A stretch of 43,199 bases of DNA, taken from the IMG/VR virus record IMGVR_UViG_3300042756_000102. One strand, given 5' to 3'. This DNA is from a virus. A program made the translations under genes and the position numbers. Every line of letters starts with the position of its first letter. Positions within the stretch are counted from its first letter, which is position 1. Under the pieces are notes generated by a model. That model saw nothing but the letters and a program-made list of their open reading frames with translations. It searched no databases and was not told where the DNA came from. Positions 9,090 through 16,837 of this stretch are shown here, in pieces.

Positions 9090-9379
9090 TGCGGTTGAAG
9101 CCTTCGCTTCTGTAGTAGCATCTTGCATACAGAGAACTCACGGGCTGACCTATTGTTCTTCGGGATAAGAAGCAGGTTATAATACTTGAGCAACTGGAGG
9201 TCGTTGAGTTTTCCTAACTGCTCTTCGTAGCCAGCCTCCCACTCGTTCTTGAGGGTGGGAAGACCGTAGCGGGTTTTGCACTTAGCAATAGAGGTGTGGT
9301 TGAGGTTGAACCTAGCACCCGCTTGCTTGGCGGTAAGTCCTTCGACTAAGGCGATTCGGTAAGCGTCTAGAGATTTCAT
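9086..9379 (-). CDS. HTH DNA-binding protein (97 aa).
   Basis: N-terminal segment LTAKQAGARFNLNHTSIAKCK is a typical helix-turn-helix. Confidence 0.55.
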   Translation of the reverse strand: MKSLDAYRIALVEGLTAKQAGARFNLNHTSIAKCKTRYGLPTLKNEWEAGYEEQLGKLNDLQLLKYYNLLLIPKNNRSAREFSVCKMLLQKRRLQPQ

Positions 9380-9630
9380 TTCACCTTGTATCCGATGTTT
9401 TCAATTTCTGAATTAGCAATTTCAAGGAATGACTTAACCTTGCCCCACTTATCCGTGGGGAAGATGAGGGTTTCAAAGCCAAGGTCTGACTCGACTACCC
9501 ATTCGTGTCCCTTTAGTGGAGGGTCTAATCGAAACAGGGTTGCTTCTCCACGGAACTTGCGGAGGTTCTTGTAGATAGCCCTGCTGTAATCTGGGATGGT
9601 AGCGGTCATAGAGCCTTGGTTCGTACCCAC
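9376..9630 (-). CDS. Hypothetical protein (84 aa).
   Basis: ORF coupled to its neighbours. Confidence 0.5.
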   Translation of the reverse strand: MGTNQGSMTATIPDYSRAIYKNLRKFRGEATLFRLDPPLKGHEWVVESDLGFETLIFPTDKWGKVKSFLEIANSEIENIGYKVK

Positions 9631-9998
9631 GCCTTAATGGATTCGCTGTTTAACTTTCCGTGAACAAGGTTGTCACCTGCTTCTTGCAGTTCCTTAATCT
9701 TGCAACGAGCCTCAGCCAAGTCGCTGAGAACCTTGGATGGCGTAGGACTGTTCAGACGCTCAAGGAGTTCCTTAGCATCCATAGCAAGCACCACAGCCGC
9801 ACCCTTGAGGGAGTTACTCCGTAGAGTATACTCTCCCTGCGTGGGTTGGAAGCCTTGAGATGCGTCTAGGATTTCTTGTGCTTTGTCCATAGGAATAGTT
9901 ACATATTTCAGTTTCTTGCTTCCGTGGCGTAGAGCGTGGCGTAGGTAGGTAAGCCCGTGGGACTTAATACTGTACGCCATTCTGGTCTGCTTCAGCAA
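9606..9998 (-). CDS. Hypothetical protein (130 aa, or 124 aa if it starts at ATG 9980).
   Basis: ORF in the operon; the start is ambiguous. Confidence 0.5.
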   Translation of the reverse strand: MLKQTRMAYSIKSHGLTYLRHALRHGSKKLKYVTIPMDKAQEILDASQGFQPTQGEYTLRSNSLKGAAVVLAMDAKELLERLNSPTPSKVLSDLAEARCKIKELQEAGDNLVHGKLNSESIKAWVRTKAL

Positions 9999-10164
9999 AC
10001 ATCTTCGTCAGTTCCTGCGTGTTCACCCGCTTCATCTTCTTGTCGATAATGAAGTTGATGTAGGTCTGCTGATGAATCTTGGTCGGCTTGAGGAGGCGAG
10101 CAACACGACCATCGCTGAGGATGATGTAGTTGGTATTCAAATACTGTTTGGCTTCTAGGTTCAT
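9964..10164 (-). CDS. Hypothetical protein (66 aa).
   Basis: ORF immediately downstream of the ERF gene. Confidence 0.5.
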   Translation of the reverse strand: MNLEAKQYLNTNYIILSDGRVARLLKPTKIHQQTYINFIIDKKMKRVNTQELTKMFAEADQNGVQY

Positions 10165-10183
10165 ATAATTTATTGGTTAGAGA

Positions 10184-10960
10184 TTAGAACGGAACTTCGT
10201 CTTGAGTTACGGCTGGTGCTTCGATTTCACCGTTGGCGATAGCCCAGAGGCGTTCAGCCTCAGCCTTGACACGGAGGTCACGGGGACTGATTTCGGTGTT
10301 GTCACCAAAGGGCTTGGGCTTCCAGACATTAGCGAAGTAGTTGAGGTCTCCGAACTTGACGGTACGGTCAGCGGACTTCAACGGGAGTTGAGAGAGGGGA
10401 GTTCCCTTGAGGTCTCCAAAAGGAGCAACGGCTTCTCCTCCAGCAACAGGCTTGGCTGTGGGGTTAGGAATGAACTTTGTCCCAGAAGCAGTCGGCTTGC
10501 TGACAGGCGTGATGTATTCCTTCTTAGGAGCAGTCTTAACCACTCGGTCGGATTCCGCATCATCATCATCAGTTGCAACTCCAGCAATGGAAGCAAGGCT
10601 GTATCTACGCACATAAGAATACAGGCTACCCGCTTGCTGTCCAGACATACCCTTCTCAGCAGGGACGAGAGCGTTGCACGAAAGCATACCACCGTCTTCG
10701 TGGATGATAAGGTTACGGATACCAACGGCATCGATGTCACCGATTGGCATCTGGATGATAGCGAGTCCGTGCTTCTTGGCGAGGGGTTTAAGTGCGAGGA
10801 GGTGGGCTTGGAGGCTGGCATAGCGTGACTTGTGGAATGGATTGTTGCTGTCAGCGTGGACATCTTGGGCTTCAGACACGAAGGCTACTAGAGCCTTAGC
10901 GAGACTGACCTGTTGTTCGGGTGTGTTCATGTTAGGGGATGAGTGAGAGAAGAATTCCAT
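10184..10960 (-). CDS. erf: ERF-family single-strand annealing protein.
   Basis: The N-terminal region NNPFHKSRYASLQAHLLALKPLAKKHGLAIIQMP matches the ERF core pattern (K-x-x-YA-x-L ... HGL). The C-terminal tail is low-complexity and ends in an acidic tip, DEVPF. Confidence 0.85.
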   Translation of the reverse strand: MEFFSHSSPNMNTPEQQVSLAKALVAFVSEAQDVHADSNNPFHKSRYASLQAHLLALKPLAKKHGLAIIQMPIGDIDAVGIRNLIIHEDGGMLSCNALVPAEKGMSGQQAGSLYSYVRRYSLASIAGVATDDDDAESDRVVKTAPKKEYITPVSKPTASGTKFIPNPTAKPVAGGEAVAPFGDLKGTPLSQLPLKSADRTVKFGDLNYFANVWKPKPFGDNTEISPRDLRVKAEAERLWAIANGEIEAPAVTQDEVPF

Positions 10961-10974
10961 AGGTGATAGTAGTA

Positions 10975-11151
10975 TTACGAGAGGGGATGTGTGTCAACAT
11001 CTCTTTGCAAAATAGTTCGGACATAATCTGAACGAGTCATAGAGATTCTTGTTGACACGGTGTTGAGGGATTTGAACAGGGTCTTAGATACACGGAGTGT
11101 AAGCATAAGTTCGTGGTGGCGTGTTCGTTTCTTGGTAGTTGTTTTCTTCAT
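10975..11151 (-). CDS. Ribbon-helix-helix (CopG/Arc-like) DNA-binding protein (58 aa).
   Basis: MKKTTTKKRTRHHELMLTLRVSKTLFKSLNTVSTRISMTRSDYVRTILQ has a basic N-terminus, a beta strand and two helices. ATG 11151 forms an ATGA overlap with the upstream stop. Confidence 0.6.
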   Translation of the reverse strand: MKKTTTKKRTRHHELMLTLRVSKTLFKSLNTVSTRISMTRSDYVRTILQRDVDTHPLS

Positions 11152-11627
11152 CGGGAAAGGATTTGGTTGGCTCTGGCAAGGATGCTTTTGCGTTTGTTGT
11201 CGAGCCAAAGATATGTGTGACTAAAATTGTTATTGTATGCACCACGGAAGCCCATATTGTAAGCCATATATAAGCCAATAGGGGTGACCTTGATTTTTGC
11301 TTTTAACATTTGTTTCTCTAGAATTTGGAGATAGGTTCTGCTGATAAGACGGCTGATGTCTGGGTCTTTAGCAAAAATCTTGTGGTTGTCTGAGACTTCC
11401 TCCCAAGAATAAACACAGGCATAATTATTGCGGTCTAGGTATTGGCAAGCCTCACGCCAACTGGCTTCGTGCATCTGCCAAGCCCCGATAGCCTTGCCTT
11501 TGTCCCCAACGGCTTCGTAGTTATAGTTAGATTCAATAATTGCCACAAGGTCAACGAGGTCTTCGGTGACAATAGATTTAGCCTCAACAGAGGCACAGCC
11601 AAGCAGGAAGGCAAGTAGTCGTTTCAT
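11148..11627 (-). CDS. Secreted or lipoprotein lytic transglycosylase (SLT-like), a possible endolysin.
   Basis: Signal peptide with a lipobox-like LLGC. A catalytic-Glu context IIESNYNYEAVGDKGKAIGAWQM resembles the SLT ES...G-x-x-Q motif. Confidence 0.7.
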   Translation of the reverse strand: MKRLLAFLLGCASVEAKSIVTEDLVDLVAIIESNYNYEAVGDKGKAIGAWQMHEASWREACQYLDRNNYACVYSWEEVSDNHKIFAKDPDISRLISRTYLQILEKQMLKAKIKVTPIGLYMAYNMGFRGAYNNNFSHTYLWLDNKRKSILARANQILSR

Positions 11628-11672
11628 AGGAGGGTGATAGAAAGAAATGGTATTACTTGGTCAAGAAGAAAA

Positions 11673-12341
11673 TCAACCTACCCCGACAGCCCTGTAGTAA
11701 TCCTTGAGTCTGCGAATTAGGGCAACGCCTGTCTCCTTGTCACGGTTGTCGAATCTGTCAAGCAGGGTCGAGCCGTTGAAGTTAGTGCTGATAATGGTAG
11801 CCCTACGGCTGGTGCTACGCTCGTCTACGATGGCGAACAGGTCGGAAGCCATACGCTGAGTGAGACGCTCCTTGCCGAAGTCATCGAGGATGAGCAAGGG
11901 GCAGTTGATGAGGTAGTCGATGGCAGAGCCGTGTTTCTGTTCCTTAAATCCAGACTCAATCGTAGTTTCTAATTTACGCATCGTGAGGAATTCAAACTTC
12001 AGTTGCTTGTCCTTCTTTGTTTCCTCAGCCCAGAGACGCTTGATGATTTCCCAGATGCCACGGGTCTTGCCCACGCCTGTCGTGCCGTGTAATAGTAATC
12101 CAGATACATCACCCTGTGGCATCCAGTCTAGTGCGGTTTGAATCTTAGGATGGAGGCGAGTCACATCCGTATCTAGAAAAATTTGGGGGATAGCAGGGGG
12201 TACGGTAGAGTCTACCAGACCAGCCAGCGTCACACGCTCCCTGTCCAGATGCTCACGGCAATGATGCCAGCGGACAAGGGAATGGTCAGCCTTAGCGAAC
12301 AACGCACCCCTACGACCACAATGACAGGCGATGTCGCTCAC
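11673..12341 (-). CDS. DnaC/IstB-like AAA+ ATPase (helicase-loader type).
   Basis: Walker A is LHGTTGVGKT, Walker B is LLILDDFG, and sensor I is IISTNF. The size is 222 aa. Confidence 0.85.
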   Translation of the reverse strand: MSDIACHCGRRGALFAKADHSLVRWHHCREHLDRERVTLAGLVDSTVPPAIPQIFLDTDVTRLHPKIQTALDWMPQGDVSGLLLHGTTGVGKTRGIWEIIKRLWAEETKKDKQLKFEFLTMRKLETTIESGFKEQKHGSAIDYLINCPLLILDDFGKERLTQRMASDLFAIVDERSTSRRATIISTNFNGSTLLDRFDNRDKETGVALIRRLKDYYRAVGVG

Positions 12342-12547
12342 GATTTGCCCCCGTCTAGTTCCTCGTCAAGTTTAGTGTCGAGGTAAGCGACATTGTTCTT
12401 CAGACGCTCGACCTCGCTCTTGAGGAATGCGACCTCTTGGCAATGGTCAGCAAAGGAAACCCAAGCATCTGGTTCGGCTGACGAACAGGAGATGAGTTGG
12501 CTCTTACAGGCGATGCCCGTGAGTTTGTAGACAATGAAGTTGCTCAT
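12338..12547 (-). CDS. Hypothetical protein (69 aa).
   Basis: ORF with ATGA-type coupling to the DnaC-like gene. Confidence 0.5.
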   Translation of the reverse strand: MSNFIVYKLTGIACKSQLISCSSAEPDAWVSFADHCQEVAFLKSEVERLKNNVAYLDTKLDEELDGGKS

Positions 12548-12552
12548 AGGAG

Positions 12553-13224
12553 TTAGAATGCTTCGTGGTCTCTGGCGGTCAAGACATTTGTATTACCTTT
12601 GCCAAATACTTGCTTGGGTTCAAAGAGACCCTGCCAGCCCTGCTTGATGGACTGCTCGATGCTGGCGATGGACTTGGCTTCACCCCACAGGACGAACTCC
12701 TTGAACTGAGCCTGTACGCTGGAGTCGGTGAGTTTCTTCTTCATCTCCTTGCGATAGGCTACCCAAGACTTCCAAGAAGCAATGAAAGCCTCAGAACCAA
12801 AGGGCAAACATACAATCCATCCGAGTTCTTTCCCTGTATCTTTATCTCCTTTATTATCTTCTTTGTTATATGTAGGCAATTTATTGCCACCCCCCGTGGC
12901 AATATTTTTCCTCCCCCCTAGGCAATTTACTTCCTCCCCAAGAGCCTTTACAACCGCAGTCTTCTCGACAGTTCGGATGACCCTGCGACCATCGACATCG
13001 ACACGGGTAATCAGATTAGCCTCATCGAGTTCCTGTAGGATGTTGCGGATTTGCCTCTCCCCTAGCCCAAGGTGGCGAGATAGGTAGGCGTTAGAGGCAA
13101 AGCACCCGTCATCGTTGTCAAGGGCTTCTACGACCCCGTAGACCACCTTAGCGGTGATGCTGACCTTGGTGGTCTGGAAGACCCCAGCAGGAATCCAGAC
13201 TCCCGTGAATTTAGGTTCGCTCAC
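12553..13224 (-). CDS. Replication initiator/organizer-like protein (winged HTH plus a DnaD-like C-terminus).
   Basis: The wHTH segment is SNAYLSRHLGLGERQIRNILQELDEANLITRV. The C-terminus is W/K-rich (WKSWVAYRKEMKKKL). The start is set at GTG 13224, which forms a GTGA overlap with the exonuclease stop; ATG 13281 is the alternative. Confidence 0.55.
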   Translation of the reverse strand: MSEPKFTGVWIPAGVFQTTKVSITAKVVYGVVEALDNDDGCFASNAYLSRHLGLGERQIRNILQELDEANLITRVDVDGRRVIRTVEKTAVVKALGEEVNCLGGRKNIATGGGNKLPTYNKEDNKGDKDTGKELGWIVCLPFGSEAFIASWKSWVAYRKEMKKKLTDSSVQAQFKEFVLWGEAKSIASIEQSIKQGWQGLFEPKQVFGKGNTNVLTARDHEAF

Positions 13225-14072
13225 AGGGATAGTTCGATGACCTCGTCCGAGTACGCCTTCCAGATTCCAGAGGAGGTACACGCACCGAACTCGATGACCA
13301 AGTCTTCCCAGCGTCCAGCGGACTTCAGCAGGGACTCAGCGGAAATAGAATAACAAGCCACGGCAAAGGGTGGCTTCTTCTCCACACAGATAAAATTAAA
13401 CTGATTTACAGGCTTGCCAGCGTTCTGGAGCAACCAGCCATATTGCACATCTTGGAAATCATAACGCCTGTCCCAGATTGCTCGCTTGAAGCCTTCGGGA
13501 CTAGCATCTTCACAGGTCTTGATGTCGTTTACGAAACCACGCTTGGAATCGTAAGCATCAATTAATCCCTTCAGACGCACATCGCCATAGGGCGTGGGGT
13601 AAGTGCCGAACACAGGCAACTCTTTGTAATCAGACTCAGCCAGCAGGACGCAAGCCTTGGGGTGGGCGATGACGCTGGAACGCATCGAGAACAGTTGGGC
13701 TTCCTGTTCCACATTGATAATGAACTTGCCAGCGTTCTCGATAGCGAACTGCTCATTGTAGGTCTTTCCCTCTTTAGACCGACCATCCACTTTGAGTTTA
13801 ACAGCGTAGAGTTCCTTAGCCTTGTCGGGCTGGAGCAAGAGAGCGTGGAAAACAGAACCCAGAATCATTGCGTCCGTGGGTTCGTGCTGTTCCTCCGTGG
13901 AGGCGAGGTAGTGGGCTGGAGACTTGTGGAAAATCTTCAGCGAGGACTGCGAGAGTCCGATTGCTTTGCGGTAGTCGGCTTCAGTCATTCCTGCACAGAA
14001 TGCAGGGTCAGAGCCTTGAGCGAGGTTGTGGTTCATCCCCGACACAGAATCAAATGGTAATACGCCTGTCAA
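13221..14072 (-). CDS. PD-(D/E)XK exonuclease (RecE/YqaJ/Cas4-like recombination nuclease).
   Basis: Core motif GLIDAYDSKRGFVNDIKTCED is followed by YDFQDVQY (D ... D-x-K ... Q-x-x-Y). It lies in the same operon as the ERF annealase. Confidence 0.8.
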   Translation of the reverse strand: MTGVLPFDSVSGMNHNLAQGSDPAFCAGMTEADYRKAIGLSQSSLKIFHKSPAHYLASTEEQHEPTDAMILGSVFHALLLQPDKAKELYAVKLKVDGRSKEGKTYNEQFAIENAGKFIINVEQEAQLFSMRSSVIAHPKACVLLAESDYKELPVFGTYPTPYGDVRLKGLIDAYDSKRGFVNDIKTCEDASPEGFKRAIWDRRYDFQDVQYGWLLQNAGKPVNQFNFICVEKKPPFAVACYSISAESLLKSAGRWEDLVIEFGACTSSGIWKAYSDEVIELSL

Positions 14073-14434
14073 CTCTTCTTTCGTCTGGCTCTCGCTTTTT
14101 TATTCCGTCTCAATCGTTTCTCATCTGTGGTTTTATGCGTAGGGTGGATTTCCTTACGCTGACAGGCTGAAAAGTGATTCCAATAAGACAGAACCCTATT
14201 CACAAACTCATACCTCGTCTTATCACGCTTCGCTCTGTTTGCTAAGTTTGAAATCTTACCCTCAATCCCATTACAGTTTCCGCAAAGCACCCCACGGATA
14301 TGCCCCGTCTGGTGATTGTGGTCTAGGCAGGGGACTACAGTTTTTAAGTCAATATCGCACAGCCAGCACTTGCCAGCCTGTTCAGAGATTATCTTTTCCC
14401 GCATAGCAGGGATGTCTGAATTCTTAATTCTCAT
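14069..14434 (-). CDS. Recombination endonuclease VII-type (HNH/zinc) Holliday-junction resolvase.
   Basis: CWLCDIDL...LDHNHQTGHIRGVLCGNCNGIEGK matches the endonuclease VII family signature. Confidence 0.85.
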   Translation of the reverse strand: MRIKNSDIPAMREKIISEQAGKCWLCDIDLKTVVPCLDHNHQTGHIRGVLCGNCNGIEGKISNLANRAKRDKTRYEFVNRVLSYWNHFSACQRKEIHPTHKTTDEKRLRRNKKARARRKKS

Positions 14435-14452
14435 TTGTTCTTACCAAAGAGC

Positions 14453-14472
14453 AATGTAAATAGAATTGTAAA
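14453..14472 (-). promoter_or_regulatory. Bipartite TTTACAAT-N4-TTTACATT motif, about 20 nt upstream of the endonuclease VII start.
   Basis: The minus strand reads TTTACAATTCTATTTACATT. The same architecture occurs at 18235-18253 (minus) and 21432-21452 (plus). The adjacent palindrome GCTTAC-N7-GTAAGC lies at 14476-14494. Confidence 0.5.
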
Positions 14473-14602
14473 CACGCTTACACCTGTAGTAAGCAGGGCG
14501 AAGCACAGGGCGAATAATGCAAGAATAATGATAACTTCCATATCAAGTATAGTCTTTATGCTTGCTTTCGTGCTGTCAACACGGATAATGACAAATAATT
14601 TT

Positions 14603-15070
14603 ATGGATTACGAGTCAAGCCCAGAACGCCTTTCCACCAACCCTAGCCACAAGCGGACGGGCAAGCAACTGCCCAAGGAGACGCAGGAGAAGGTACAGGA
14701 GATGCTCAAGGACGGCTCTGGTGCTACGGAGATTAACCTAGCCACGGGGGTCAACCGTACAACCGTGATTGCGATGCGTCAGAACATGGAGTCCAATTCT
14801 GAGTTTCAGTTAGGCACTTGGAAAAAGCAAACTGCCTCCTTGATGTCACAAATCGTAAGCAGGGGTTCGACCCGTTTGTTAGAGGAAATTGAAAACATCC
14901 CCGCTGGTCAGTTGCCCCTAGCCATCGCCATTATGACCGACAAGGTGCTGGCTCTACAGGACGCTCCCACGGTCATCGTGGAGCATCGCCTACGGGTCAG
15001 CCACGAAGACATCAACTCGATGTTAAAGGGCGAGGTCATTGATTTGCCCCCTGCCAGAGAATCCCCTTGA
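14603..15070 (+). CDS. HTH protein on the opposite strand (155 aa from ATG 14603): a regulator or small-terminase-like protein.
   Basis: KQLPKETQEKVQEMLKDGSGATEINLATGVNRTTVIAMRQ is a clear HTH. The upstream 56 codons of the tracked ORF (14435 onward) cover the divergent promoter region and look non-coding. Confidence 0.6.
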   Translation: MDYESSPERLSTNPSHKRTGKQLPKETQEKVQEMLKDGSGATEINLATGVNRTTVIAMRQNMESNSEFQLGTWKKQTASLMSQIVSRGSTRLLEEIENIPAGQLPLAIAIMTDKVLALQDAPTVIVEHRLRVSHEDINSMLKGEVIDLPPARESP

Positions 15071-15105
15071 CAAAGTAATACTGCTTTGTTTATTGGGTAT
15101 TCTGT

Positions 15106-15372
15106 ATGTATCAATACAGATTCAAAAACCTAAACATCAAGCACGATGGTCTTGACCTTTTGGTCAATGGCTCTGCTGGATACACTATCGAAGATTACGA
15201 GGAGGACGGCAAGCAAGCCCTCTTTGAGACTGCTGAATTAATGGACGCTCTCGGCAAGGACGGCTATATCACCTCAAAAGAAGTTTTAGGATATATGGCA
15301 GACAGCGTGGTTGAGACCTTAAACAAGGATTCCTACCTGTGTCGCACCCTAGGCGGTAAGGTAATTTACTAA
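15106..15372 (+). CDS. Hypothetical protein (88 aa), a distant paralog of 15997-16266.
   Basis: Shared pattern with the minus-strand gene: NG-x-A-x-Y-x-x-E near the N-terminus and DS-x-x-(E/D)-x-LN-x-D-x-x-LC-x-x-L-x-G near the C-terminus. The lengths are similar. Confidence 0.55.
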   Translation: MYQYRFKNLNIKHDGLDLLVNGSAGYTIEDYEEDGKQALFETAELMDALGKDGYITSKEVLGYMADSVVETLNKDSYLCRTLGGKVIY

Positions 15373-15380
15373 ATAACAAA

Positions 15381-15404
15381 GCCCACCAGCCATATCTGGT
15401 GAGC
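15381..15404 (-). terminator. Hairpin between convergent genes; an intrinsic terminator for the minus-strand early operon, possibly bidirectional.
   Basis: CACCAG-CCATAT-CTGGTG stem with an outer GC extension. On the minus strand it is followed by TTTGTTATTTA. Confidence 0.6.
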
Positions 15405-15443
15405 CTTGTGAACTCTGACTTTATATGGGAAGTTAGTTCAGTA

Positions 15444-15674
15444 TCATTTGGGTTCTTGGGATTCGATGTAGGAGACTCGCTCAAGGTTGGCTTTGAGGAA
15501 TCGCACGACCTCTTCGCAAGCGTAGGATTCGTTGCCAGCCTCTTCAAGCAGGTTTTCCCACTCCCACTCTTCATTGGTGTGTGGGTTGTTTTTGATTTCG
15601 TTGAACTCCCTGCGAGCGACCTTGAGGTTAGCCTCAGCGATTTTAATCAGCAACTTAATGGTCTTGGTGTCCAT
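15444..15674 (-). CDS. Hypothetical protein (76 aa).
   Basis: The internal ATG 15674 lies 1 nt after the stop of 15676-15978. The longer tracked ORF overlaps that gene. Confidence 0.5.
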   Translation of the reverse strand: MDTKTIKLLIKIAEANLKVARREFNEIKNNPHTNEEWEWENLLEEAGNESYACEEVVRFLKANLERVSYIESQEPK

Positions 15675-15675
15675 G

Positions 15676-15978
15676 TTAGGGCTTGTTGGCATCGATGAGT
15701 TCCTGTTCCTTGCTGGCGTAGAACTCAAGGAGTTCCTCCGTGGGGTAAGTGCCAACAGACCACATCTTATTAGAACCAAAAACAAAAACTTGCATTAGGT
15801 GAAAAGACATAGTCACGCTTCTGGCTTCGTCTTTAGCCCACTCCCTGCGTTCTCTTAGGAGTTCCAGCATATCAATACTGCTGGTGTGTTGGTAACAGGA
15901 GTGACCGATGAGACTGCCGTCTTTGCTTGTCATCGTGCTGTGCAGAAGCCAGCCAGCGTGGGATTCGTTGATTTGCAT
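15676..15978 (-). CDS. Hypothetical protein (100 aa).
   Basis: ORF in the early operon. Confidence 0.5.
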   Translation of the reverse strand: MQINESHAGWLLHSTMTSKDGSLIGHSCYQHTSSIDMLELLRERREWAKDEARSVTMSFHLMQVFVFGSNKMWSVGTYPTEELLEFYASKEQELIDANKP

Positions 15979-15996
15979 TTGGGTTTTTATTGTGGG

Positions 15997-16266
15997 TTAG
16001 GAAAGGTATTCTCCAGCGAGGTAGTCGCAGAGTTCGTAGTTATCGTTTAGGTTATCTAGGATAGAATCCTGTAGAGCCTTGATGTCATCTTTTGTTAATC
16101 CCGTTTCGACCTTGGGGTCAAAGGGCGTTGCGATGAAACTCCAATCAAGGATTTTTACCTTGGTGAAGCGAGCGAAACTGCCTTCGACTTCGTAGGTAGC
16201 GAAGCCGTTGATTTTTACGGAGCGTTCTCCGAGGTCGATTTCTTGATTCTCTAGTGGATATCTCAT
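15997..16266 (-). CDS. Hypothetical protein (89 aa), a distant paralog of 15106-15372.
   Basis: See 15106-15372. Confidence 0.55.
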   Translation of the reverse strand: MRYPLENQEIDLGERSVKINGFATYEVEGSFARFTKVKILDWSFIATPFDPKVETGLTKDDIKALQDSILDNLNDNYELCDYLAGEYLS

Positions 16267-16321
16267 TCTTTTAGTGTGGAGTGTTTTTTAAGTATTACAA
16301 GAAGTTTTTTAAGGAAAGTTC

Positions 16322-16349
16322 GGGGGGAGATTACAACCTCCCCCTTTTT
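16322..16349 (+). terminator. GC hairpin with a T-run (plus-strand sense) inside the minus-strand early region.
   Basis: GGGGGAG-ATTACAAC-CTCCCCC followed by TTTTTA. On the minus strand it sits about 55 nt upstream of the 16266 start. Confidence 0.5.
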
Positions 16350-16560
16350 ATTATGGGTTGGTGCATTATGAAATTGAATTGCCCACGACAGCACCCATCT
16401 GTAACCGCATTTGATGATTCAGAAAACAGCGGACTTCGTTGCCTATAATCCGTACTGTCGTGAGCAAAGTTAATTAGGAAACGCAGAGCGTAATTACCTG
16501 TTTCTTTTATTATTGGGCAACAACTCCCTCAAGAAACAGAACCTAAAGTTTCCCGCATAA

Positions 16561-16576
16561 AGGGGAGTTACCCCCT
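16561..16576. promoter_or_regulatory. G/C hairpin with an AGTTAC loop (family member 1).
   Basis: AGGGG-AGTTAC-CCCCT, 13 nt beyond the stop of 16589-16783. Confidence 0.55.
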
Positions 16577-16588
16577 GCCTTTTACTAA

Positions 16589-16783
16589 TTACTTATTTCC
16601 GAGGATGTAACCAGCGAGGGCTTCGTCCAAGGTTTTCTTGTTTCCGTTATGCTCAGCCAAGGCTTGCAGTACCTTACGCTCTACGAGGCGGTCTAGGGCT
16701 TCTAGGAAGCCTTTGCCAGCCCGTTTGCCGTGGGTGTTAGCGAGTTTCTTGACTGCGGATGTCTTGATGTAGTGTAGGCTCAT
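16589..16783 (-). CDS. Histone-fold-like small DNA-binding protein (64 aa), putative.
   Basis: MSLHYIKTSAVKKLANTHGKRAGKGFLEALDRLVERKVLQALAEHNGNKKTLDEALAGYILGNK has a helix-loop-long helix-loop-helix layout. HNGNKKTLDEAL resembles the archaeal histone L2/alpha3 signature [12 protein letters not shown]. The start is set at ATG 16783 because the upstream 12 codons fall in a leader that is conserved with the non-coding leader of the neighbouring gene. Confidence 0.55.
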   Translation of the reverse strand: MSLHYIKTSAVKKLANTHGKRAGKGFLEALDRLVERKVLQALAEHNGNKKTLDEALAGYILGNK

Positions 16784-16821
16784 ATGCGGGATGTGAAAGA
16801 ACAGAAAGTGAATCCGCAAAT

Positions 16822-16837
16822 GGGGGAGTTACCCCCC
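16822..16837. promoter_or_regulatory. G/C hairpin with an AGTTA loop (family member 2).
   Basis: GGGGG-AGTTA-CCCCC(C), between genes 16842-17045 and 16589-16783. Confidence 0.55.

Noticed and set aside
14435-14602. The annotated ORF start at 14435 for the plus-strand HTH gene (211 aa).
   Set aside because: The first 56 codons are hydrophobic or low-complexity and coincide with the divergent promoter region (TTTACA boxes and a palindrome). The internal ATG 14603 gives a compact HTH protein.
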